Assembly: GCA_964304625.1 (NCBI GenBank)
Contig: OZ199840.1
Span: 2,654,787-2,718,786, forward strand
Direction of reading: 5' to 3'
DNA: 64,000 bases
From: Kudoa neothunni
Lineage: Eukaryota; Animalia; Cnidaria
Shown here: in pieces, positions 53,501 to 64,000 of the stretch
Numbering within the stretch: position 1 is the stretch's first letter
Layout of the letters: each line of letters opens with the position of its first letter
Program-made: the position numbers and the translations under genes
The notes under the pieces: generated by a model
Databases searched by the model: none
Told to the model about the DNA's origin: nothing
Seen by the model: the letters and a program-made list of their open reading frames with translations, nothing else

Positions 53501-56500
53501 ACTCAACCCCCTTACTCTGATACCCCATTTAAAAAACAATAGAAAAAATGATAAAGTTAATAATTTGCAAAGATAAACAAAAATAATAGATTAAAGCAAT
53601 TTTTAAAATTATTTTAGTGATATTTTTAATAACTTCAAGCTTTCTTAAATAAAATATTAATCTGATAGAATTTATATCTTCGAAGTGAAATATTACGCTT
53701 TTAATAATATTCTAAACATTTTATTATACATATTTGTTAAAAATAATTAAAAATATGATTGACTATTACACATATATAATAAATTCATGAAAAAATTGCG
53801 TAGTGTTTTAATAGAATAAAATTAGACTATTAAGGAAAGTTTAATTTATTCGTGCCATTTAAATATAATTTTTTTTTAAAAATAAACAATATATCTTTAA
53901 TGTTAAAAAATTTAAATCATAACGAATAAGGTAAAAATCGTGTTATATGCTTTGTTACAAGAGTAATTTTACTCTTTCATTATAATTAAGGAAATAAATC
54001 AATTAATTTTATAAATATTAAAACTATAAATCTTAGTCTAAGATTAAATACTGGAAATAACTAAGCTCATCTTTCAACTAAATATGTTTAAGGAGGAAAA
54101 TAAAAGAGCTTCATAAACTTATTCACCATTGTGATGATAAATTATTATCGAAAAAATTATATATTAAAATATTAACGATAATGAGTCCAATTGTGTACTT
54201 TACAATATAATTTATTAATTTTCGAGGAATAAAATTATATGTTTTCAAGAATTTAAGAAAAATTCATTGTTAAGTATCTATATCTATATACAGTAGGAGA
54301 CGGCTCGTACGCACTATCACTCGTGAGCACCTTCCATGATTTAATGACTTCCACAGTACTTTTATTAATTAAAATCAATCAAATAAAAACATAACAATTA
54401 TAATGAATTACTGAAACCTTAATTTTTGTTTTAATTCGCTGTAAATAAGAATTAGCTTAAATTTACGACTCGTGGGCACTTGAAGATAACCAAGCAACTT
54501 CGTTCTTTGAAAGATCAATCGGATATAGTGCATATTATGAAAGAATATCGAATGGAAAAAACAGGAAAATTAAAATTCCCAATTATTTTAACTTAAAATC
54601 TCTATTTTCCTTAAATGAGATTTTGGGTAATAACGAATCCATTATGAAGTCTCATAAAGAAATGAAAATTACAAATAATCACAAACCATTTAAAAAATTT
54701 ACTATTTATATGAATGATGCTCTAATTTATTTGAGCAAAATGTACAAAATATTTCAGAAAATGAAATTATCAAATGTTATCTACGGTCGTAGATCTAGAA
54801 ATGACGATTTACGATTCAAGAAAGTCAGAGCTTTGTCAGTAAAACATTATTAACTTTTCCAAAGAAAATTCCAACCAATAAGTATACTAAAAACTTTTAG
54901 TTATATTTTATTGAGTATATTAATTAATTTTATGAAATTTATGCATATCAATATATATTACATTTATCTTGATAACTAACTCTTACTCCTATTTCTCTTG
55001 AGTACAGATAATAAGTTATTTGTTACACAACACGTCCTTAAGATATAATAATTCATTAAGAAAGTTTTCTACATGATTATATTTAAAATCGTCCAAACCT
55101 TATGATTAAATAAAAAATAATGTCGATTGTAATAAAATTGGATGTGTGAATTGCATTTATTATTTTTTTAATTTTCGTTGACACAAATCATTGGTATTAT
55201 CATCGCGTTGTCTAAATGGTTTGTTTCTACAAATTAAAGTCAAGGATCGACTAGAATAATCACATTTAACCTGTAAATCATTGTTATAACAAAATTTGTT
55301 CTTATTATATACTTTTGAATATAAATGAAAACATAGTGATAAATAAGAGAGACTAAAATGTATGTTATCACATTAACATTTTGCTTTATTCGCAAACGTC
55401 ACGACGGCTCAAGGGCACCTCGAACCCAATTCCCATTTTAATGCCCACGATCCGTCACCTACTGTACATGAAATACAAACTTTGGAATTGTCCGAAGATC
55501 GTGTGTTCCAATAAACGGCGAAATTTCAAAAAAGTTACGGGACTGTTAAAAGTCTAATCTATTAGAAATAGTAGTATTAGTGCCCGAATAGAGATGGTTA
55601 ACGTTTCAAAAGAATAGAACAATTTTTAGTTGTATTTTTTTAGCGTTTCAAGTTCTCATCTAAATCAACCTTCGGGTGACCGAAAGGATTAGAACCACCA
55701 GGGGTGGTGGTTATGGGCGATAAATCTGTGTATAAACGTTATATTGAAAACAAACACTTCTAAATTATTAAATGAAATAAAGTACATTAAAAGTTTGGAA
55801 AACATTTGTATCTCATGATCCAATAATTTTTTGTCAATCGATTAATTTAATTGAATTAAATCATTATTATTTCGTCTAAAATCATCCGCCTCCAATCACA
55901 TTATCCGTAGATAGGACTTCAAAAAATCGAGGGTTAACTTCGAGGGTATAGGAATTATCTTCTAGTTCGAAGAGATTAGGTCAATGTATTAACAAGATTG
56001 GGTGATTCGCTCACAGCGGATGTTTTGAATCAATGTTAGGTGAAATTTTCTCATCAAAATTCGGCAGTGAATTATTTTTTTGAATAAACTATTTTATTTC
56101 TTTTAAAATATCGGCTAAACTACAGTACTGTAGTATCTGTGTACGAACTTTGGGCGGTGCCGCATATAAAATCGGAAATTAAGTCGTTTCCTACAATTCG
56201 TCCTGTTAATTCATTCCATTTTCAAAATTTTTTTCATTTTTGTTCTTATCACAAAAAATTACATTATATAGTTAAGTTCAGATCAACAAGAATTAATTTA
56301 TAAATTGGGGAAAAAATGTTAACTAGAGCACATTCGGATTCACGGAGAAAATCTATGTTGTTGATAAATACATCAAAAAAATTATTATTTCTCTTTAATT
56401 TTAACAAATTCGAAGTCTTTAATTATTCACTGAATTTTTTTTATTTGTATCTGTTAGTAATAAGTTTGTGAATGTTGAATATTGATTTTGTATTTTAAAA

Positions 56501-59500
56501 GCAAAATTTTCTGATTTATTCTATTCAAAATTTGAACGAAGATGTTTCAATTTAATTATGGCGTAACTTAATGTGGTTTTTAGTTTATAATTTTGTTCGC
56601 ATAATTTATTCATGATTAAATAAATTTTATAACAATATTTGTTTCAAAATTCAAACATGAAAATTCTTAATTTATTTTATTAAGTTATATTTTTATTTAT
56701 ATACATTAAATAACTAAAAAAAAATTTTCAATAATTATTTTTTAAATAAAATTAATTTTAACGTAGAGCAATCGTCAAAATTCAAAATATACGATTTTTA
56801 AATATTTTAAGTTAAATCAATTATGGATGTTAATAAGTCCAAAGATTTTTTTTATTATTCATCTCAACAATATAAAATTGATTTAAAATATAAAAATAAA
56901 CATTTATTACTTAGTTTTTGAATATAACGTGAAATATTACGTCATATTTTATAATATACTTCAATCTTGTTGTGGGGTTGAATGTTTCAAGCGTTTTAAC
57001 ATAATATAATTAATTTACTGAGATGTATTATCTATCAAAATGTTTGTAAAAACTAGTAACAACCACAAAACGTTGGGATCATGAAATCCCTATCCAAATC
57101 CTTAATAATCCTCAATTCAACACATAATCACACTCGTTTTTTAAAGGCCTATCCGTAGACTGTATAGTTGTATTCCGTTGCAATGCCTCACGTATACGTC
57201 GACTTCTATTTGCTTCTCTTCGTTTCCTCAAAACCACTGATGTAACAAATAATGATGATAAGATTCATTTGTTAGTATTATAATTTTTTTAAATTTATTT
57301 TTATTAGGTTTTTTCTGTTTCTCCTTAAATATAATAGCTACATACATTATCAATTAAAATTTTGTTATGTTGCATTTATGACTTTATTTCGCGCAATAAG
57401 TTTTCGGCAGATGTTTATGCAATTAGCATAATGAAACGTTTATTATCTTAAAAAATATAATTTAAAACATTTTTATTTCAAAAATTTTGTCCTGAATTGG
57501 ATATTCCCAATATCCAAGAGAAACCGGGTATTAAGGCTAATTTAAAATATTATTCGTTAAATGATAAAATTATAATAATTAATTTTAAGATAATATATTT
57601 TAAATATAAATATACTTCATGGAAATGAAATCATCGTTTTCTTTGAGTATTATCTTTTGAATGTAACCTTTGATGGATTGGTTTTGACATTTGGCATTAT
57701 TTTCAATACAATTATGTTTTGAAAATCAAATTGTTCAAAAAGTTCAACCCCATTACAGACGAGTGGAATAGATGGTGATCGTACTGAATCTAAAATATAA
57801 CTCATACATAGAAACCAATGGGAAGTCTTAATATACATATGTAGATAAGTTGTTACCATAATCTTGGCCAACATTGTTGTTGAATGATATTGATAATGGT
57901 CTAAATTTTCAAAATCGTTATTTAACATATTCTAGTTAATTTAAATGATTTTTCAATGAAATAATTAGAATTGAGTAATATTTTAATTATCAGGGAAAAT
58001 AAACCTTGTTCTCTCGTATGAGGGCTGAGTTTCCATCAGATAGGAATCTACTGGGCATTTATCAACCCAAATGACACGGAAGTGATCATAAGGCTTTGAC
58101 ATCGAAGAAATATTGAAGGTCTTAAGGTTAGGTTTGTAGTCATTAAGATAAACTGAAGAACATTGATTTCCGTAAACTTTCTTAACCCAACAATTTTCTA
58201 CTTGATTTTGGAAAATATTCTCACCTAGAAAAAGTGTTTTTAGAATAATGAGCTAAATTGGCTAGAACCTTTTGGGAAGTAGTAATTGTTAAATGTTTTC
58301 AACAATGAGTTTAATGACTCATTGTTGTAGTACTGTTGACCAATCACTATATTCTGAGGCCTATTTATTGACAGTGAATTGATATCGATGGGAAGTGTAG
58401 TTTCCATCCCAAACTTTGAAGTTTTCATGTCATCCACACATGAAAGCAAAATATAAACAATTGGCAGCAATGTCAAGCAAATAATCGCTCGATAATCACG
58501 TATAAATCTCAAACCTCTTATCTGAAAAATTGTCATAAACATCCTTAAAATATGGTTCAGTCTCTTTCGTATTCCTTCTGCCGACTTAGGATAATAATCA
58601 GGCTTGGTTAGTTTCAATGCAACGCTTTCAGAATTTTCAACATTTTCTTTATAAAGTTTGCCACCCTCGGAATACTTCATATTTTCGACAAATGGATCAT
58701 CATCAGGAAAATCAGAATTATTAAACTCATTTTGGTCAAATGACTGATTGTTAACAATCGGAATATTATTATCTTGTAGACGATTCTTCAAATTAAGGAA
58801 AACATCTTCCAAGGATGGGGCGTCTAATCCATAATCCGAAATTTGGAGAGTGTCCTTATTGAGTTGAATGTAGTCTAGCAGCTGGATAAAACTGCTGGAC
58901 TTTTCAGCATCTTTTTGTAACACAACACTAATGTCGTTCTTTCCGCTCCTCATTAATTTGGAATTTGGAACAAAATTATTGATACACTCTAAAAAGTCTT
59001 GAGTCTGGGTTTCCGCCCATTCCGTAGACTAAAATATGATAGGATTAAAAATTATTTGATATTCATTCATAAGTAAGAATGAGAATGTTTAAACAATAAT
59101 TTTGATCAATCCACGATTAGGTAATACCTTGACGAAAGTGAATTTCAACCCACCACAATATGTTTTCTTCAGCTCGAATGGCGACCCATGTGCAACTATT
59201 GCACCTTGTGAAATGATTACCACGTTGTTTCCCAAAATATCTGCCTCATCCATGAGATGAGTCGTGAGAAGAATTGTTTTATCTATGGGGGAGGTGGAGA
59301 TGGAAATAATTTTTCTGTATAAAAGTACCTTCTTTAAATTCAGAGATAAGATCCCAAATGCTCCGTCTATAGTAGGGATCAATCCCAGCTGTTGGCTCGT
59401 CCAATATGATAAGTTGAGGATTTCCAATAAAAGCAATACTGACACAAAGTTTTCTTTTCATTCCTCCTGAAAGAGATTTGACTTTCTCATCTTTCTTATA

Positions 59501-62500
59501 CGTCATACCCATCTTGTCAAGAAAGCTGTGTCCATAAATTATTTTATAAGAATCAATACAAAAAGAGAGTAAATATACAAATCTATATTCATTGATGTAT
59601 CGTTGGTGGTGTCTTTTTTTCTTTAATTGTGAGTAAAAATAAAGATGCTCACCCACAGTTAACGATTCGTAAAGAATATTGAATTGGGGACAAAATCCAA
59701 CATTTTTAATACGACTTTTCCGGTTACTTCTTTACCATCAATCAATATTTTACCACTAGTTGGACGAATGCGCCCCAACATTGTTGATATTAGGGTTGAC
59801 TTTCCGGCACCGTTAGGTCCAAGCAAACAAGTAACTTCATTCTGTTGCATATCAAACGAAATGTCCTTCAATACATAGTCTTCGCTATTGGAAAATTTCT
59901 AAATCATGCATAGTTACATCTATAAATTTTAAAAGTATGAGCATTATGGATACCTTGAAAATATTAACAATGTTTACAAAACCTTCTTGAGATATAGAAT
60001 CGTTGGCCAATTTTACTAGGGAGACAGGTTGGTTATAATGGACTGGATTAAGATTGATCTGTTTGGTATTATCACGCGATGGTTCACCATCACCATTGAC
60101 GCCTTTATTCTAAAATGATGATAAATATTTGTTTATCTTGTTATTCTTGATATATAAAAGTTTTTTATTATATAATATATACTATAATACATAAATTTTA
60201 TAATTAATTCTTATATAGGTAAGATTAAAATTGAGACGAATTTCATTTCTTTTTAATATAAAGTAAGATAGAATTTGGAAAATTTAAAAAGGATACTAAG
60301 TTTGAAGAATCAAAACCGCTCGAGGAGAATATTATTTTAACCTCAAAAATAAGTTTATTAATGTTGCATATAAAATAATTCAATTATTAAATAATAATAT
60401 TAAATATTAATAAACTTTGGATCGAATTTTCAAAAATAATTAAGCCATATAATAATGAATTTTGGATAAATTTTTATCGGTGTTAGGGCATCATTGTTTA
60501 TTGTTATTTACAATAAAAAGAATTTATAAGGCAACTTTATTAAAAACAAGTAATTTATTATAATAACGAAACTTCACAAAAATATGATCTAGATTAAAAA
60601 TAATCAAGTAAAATTAAACATAAAATCAACCAGAAATCAATTTATGTTACAACAGTGAGACAAATTAATTATCTCTCAATAAGGTAAATAAATGTGAAAA
60701 TTGGAGAATATCACACGTCAAAACTCGTTTGGGGCATATTATTTAAAAAACTATAATTATTTCCATTATTTATACACTTTATATACTTTATAAATGGTTG
60801 ATTTCATGGATCGTATCCTTTTGCTTATAATATTGACAAAATCTAAATTTAAATCGATATACAACGAAATTAAAATTTGATTACTTGATTTCTTTGCATA
60901 TATTATAAACATGGCAATCAAGATGTAGATAATTCCATCAATAATTATCATCATCCAATAAAATCCAAGACCATAATCATTGGTGGAGAAATGGGAGGTA
61001 AAAATATTTGAGAGTGTAACTTCGGTGTAGCTTTGCTCAAACATAGCGATATTTCGAAGAACTTTTCCTAGAGCGATTGGTAATGAAAACCCCTAAATAA
61101 TGAGCATTAGAATGACAATTAGAATTTGATTATGGTGAAATTAATTAATCAATCAATCAATCCTCATGAAATACCAATAAAACATGGATGTATAAAGGCA
61201 GAGCGTGTTTGAAGAACATTATCAGTGGTAGTGGAATAAATAAAATCACATAGACCAGACTGCCCATGTTTGATCCAACAACGGCGTCGTCAAACAAACT
61301 ATATATGATAACACAGAATGCGAAAGAAGAGACGTAGAAGGTGAATAATACGGCGGACAACAACATCAAACATGTAGATACAATCATCCCTTTAATTTTC
61401 AATAGGATAATCACGGTTGCAACGAATATTGAAGAAATAACTGAATAGATAATAAACCATGAAAACAAATTCTGTACTTGAGATACGCCCATAATCTAAA
61501 CATTTTGTACAAAGATCACATTGGGTGTTTTTCATGTATTTAATCAATATCAAAAAACTCACTTGCATCATGTCTAAGGTTTTTTGCTCTTTTTCCAAAA
61601 TCAAAAAATATATACACGATGTGACGATTTGAGAATACCCAAAAATTAACGCATGTGGAAGTAATTTTAAAAATTTTGTTTTAAGTCTAAATATTTATAT
61701 TAATAAATATCTATACATGATCATTATCATTAGAATTTTTTAAGTGAAAGACTAATAAATACAAGTCAATAACTGTGCAAAATCTGGGGAATTGTGGCCA
61801 TAAATTTGTCCACGTTTGATAGCGTATTTGGAATGTAGAGTTTCATCAGCGAATATTCAATCATATCTTGAAAGTAAATAACGTAGTTCTTAAAATAGTC
61901 ATATGACCAATGGTTATTATATTGTAGCGATAGAATTTCACTATTAATGGTATAAATTAGTCATTCGAATATAAGAATGGTTGTGGTTAATATATTTATT
62001 ATTTTAGTTTTTGTAACAAAGAGATTTTTAAATGAATTAAATAATAGTGATGAAACAAATAATAAGAAATTTTCTGTATACTTAGGGTGCATTTCATAAG
62101 TTCTAGGCGACAAGTTGGGCATGTAAATTAGTTTGTATGAGGGATCATCTTTGGTCCCATTAAGAGATATTCCTAGAAATACAATTCATTTATAAGTTGG
62201 TTGGAAAATAAAAACTTAGATGAAATATATCGGATTGTCATACCTATGGCAAATGGGGAAATCGAAGAATTTGGCATATCACTGGGGTTGACGAGAGGAT
62301 CGAAATATTCCAAAACAGCCTTTTCGTTATTCACCAATTTGAACCCAGTAGGAATCCATTTAAAAGGGACATTTTTCAAAAGGTGTGATATAACCAGCAG
62401 ATAATTTGTGATTGTATCCATTTTCTGGTAATGAAGATATTATTGAAATAAAATATTAATTAGATTTAATACTACATTGATATTTGTTATATTCGATAGA

Positions 62501-62723
62501 TTAGTCGCAGTAGAAAGAAAACAATAAATTTCATTGATAATTGTCGAGTGTTGGGATAGATTTAACATGAGATCAGAAAAAGGTTTGAAAAACTCATTGA
62601 GGTGAGTAATAACTGTTTGACCGATTTCAGTATCGATTGAAGAAAGGGGTAATTTATTGTCGACAATGGCTTTGATAGTTTTCTCCAAAAGTTTAGATTC
62701 ACAGGTTGCTTCTTGGATTCCGT
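50538..62723 (-). CDS. ABCA-subfamily full transporter, paralog B; 5' exons not in the window, 28 exons visible
   Basis: Exon-by-exon colinear with paralog A from its exon 11. NBD1: [31 protein letters not shown]2: [19 protein letters not shown]. Ends [15 protein letters not shown]. Four single-base homopolymer indels must be corrected, so it is either a mis-assembled gene or a young pseudogene. Confidence 0.85.
54291..55464. mobile_element. Tc1/mariner-pogo-type non-autonomous element inside an ABCA paralog B intron
   Basis: TIRs CAGTAGGAGACGGCTCGTACGCA and (reverse) CAGTAGGTGACGGATCGTGGGCA with TA TSD; internal repeats of a CTCGTGRGCAC motif near 54320 and 54469. Confidence 0.82.
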
Positions 62724-62981
62724 CTATATACATTGATCAAAAACGAATATTCTTGTGTATAAATTTAATTCTAATGTAACATAGGAGATGTAACTTTATT
62801 TTTAATATTTTAGTCGAAAAATTATTAGCTTATTAAATATCTGTATTCGCAGTTGAATAATATACGCTGTAAATTAAAACTTAATTAGTCTATTAATATT
62901 TGCCAGAATTTTGTATCTGTATGAATAATAATTAATCAGTTTTAATTTAAAATTCATAATTAATTGATTCAAAATTAAATA

Positions 62982-63700
62982 CAGTCGAACCCCGTTTATC
63001 CGAAAATCGCGCTATCCGAATGATTTTTTAGAATTTATTTGAAAACGATGTAGATTCTAAATAATAAAATTTCGACAACCGCCATCCGAAACAACTTTTG
63101 GCTGGAATTTCCGGATAAAAATGTCTTGAAGTCTGGATTAGTGCCTGGTTAAAATGGCACCTATATTTATTTTTTTGCCACATACGTTCGTTATTTATTC
63201 AATTTAAGTTTATGTTTGATTAATAGAAATATCGCAACGTAGATAATATAGTATTTTATGTTCAAAACGCAACCATGTTCATGTTCATGATGAACAAATA
63301 AATGTTGGTTAAAGACAAACTCCCTTATATCTTATCGTGAGTAATAAAAAATAAAAAATGGAATTTATTGGATGGTTTAATCACAAACTAGCAGTGACTT
63401 CGTAGGCCCAATTTATCCACGGAATCGACCTAATTCAACAATGTTCACACATCAGATTTTTCCCATAACACCTCCACTTTTAAGTCTTATTGAGTTTTAA
63501 CAATCAATATTAAATTGTTGGAATATGACATATTTCAATTAATGAGGAAATTCTAAATATCGTTATGAAGAATTCTGGGAAAATACTCCTCATTGTTACT
63601 TTATTAATCTTACTATCATTATGAGTACAGCTTACAATATCCGAATTGGGAAGAAATTGTAAAAAAATTAATAATAATAGACCATTTTTTAGAATCTAGA
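62982..63700 (+). mobile_element. pogo/Tigger-like element end and relic
   Basis: TA-CAGTCGAACCCCGTTTATCCGAA terminus with repeated ATCCGAA motifs; weak GWF...HG HTH remnant near 63370-63425. The right limit is uncertain. Confidence 0.5.
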
Positions 63701-64000
63701 TTATACCATTTTAATATGGCGTTAACGTCGCGCCTTTCGGTTGTATGCGTGCGCCGATTACGTTGGATCTAAAATATTCGTTAAAAATACAAAACAAATA
63801 TTGAAAAATAAAGTATGCAACCAACCTACAATTTTTTCAAACTGCACATGCGCATTTACCAAATTTTGTTTAGATGGTATCTATTTGCACTCTGTCGGTG
63901 CATGCGCGGAGGATTAAAGCATTACCTCTATATGTGCTTTTACTCTTATATTAGTCATTTCAAACAAATCGTAATAGCTGCAAACGCCAAATAACATTTT

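Noticed and set aside
55640-55668. Minimal hammerhead ribozyme on the minus strand (TAGATGAG-AA-CTTGAAACGC)
   Set aside because: The core lacks CUGA, stem II is not viable, and no stem I/III with an NUH site could be formed.
59900-59953. U12-type introns suggested by GTATCC donors (here and at 32500)
   Set aside because: They continue AT rather than TT, no TCCTTAAC branch site is visible, and the equivalent paralog introns have ordinary donors (GTATCA, GTATAT).
32805-61789. Programmed +1 frameshifting or quadruplet decoding at CCC-C and GGG-G, suggested by three extra C/G bases in ABCA exons
   Set aside because: In-frame GGG-G (Walker A AAT GGG GCC) and CCC-C (TGT CCC CAA) are read normally in conserved motifs of the same genes, and the other indels are in A-runs and include a -1.
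1-64000. CRISPR arrays, rRNA, tRNA or prokaryotic operons
   Set aside because: No regularly spaced repeats, cloverleaf or rRNA-like segments were recognised by eye, and the gene structure is eukaryotic. A tRNAscan or Infernal run would be needed to exclude small RNAs.

Overview
AT-rich eukaryotic DNA, apparently from an animal with very short GT-AG introns (mostly about 40-70 nt). A reduced parasite such as a myxozoan or orthonectid is plausible, but the taxon cannot be fixed from this window. Manual splicing recovers four host genes: a five-domain Kunitz protein (5129-6478, +), a USP6NL/RN-tre TBC Rab-GAP (14704-19069, +, 17 exons) and two tandem ABCA1/2-type transporters on the minus strand (43593-32161, 38 exons; and 62723-50538, 5' end not in the window). 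A fifth small signal-peptide gene may lie head-to-head with the first ABCA. The rest is dense, often nested DNA-transposon debris: hAT, Merlin, MULE, pogo/Tigger, piggyBac (one near-intact) and TIR MITEs. Most notable: (1) a degenerate splice code (TAG far more common than AAG or CAG acceptors, +5G mostly absent, no pyrimidine tract); (2) Kunitz domains that have lost the reactive-loop disulfide; (3) a degenerate NBD2 signature in both ABCAs; (4) reciprocal microhomology-bounded deletions between two hAT copies; (5) six single-base homopolymer indels in the ABCA exons, probably assembly errors. No rRNA, tRNA or CRISPR was recognised. Exon boundaries and counts were derived by eye.
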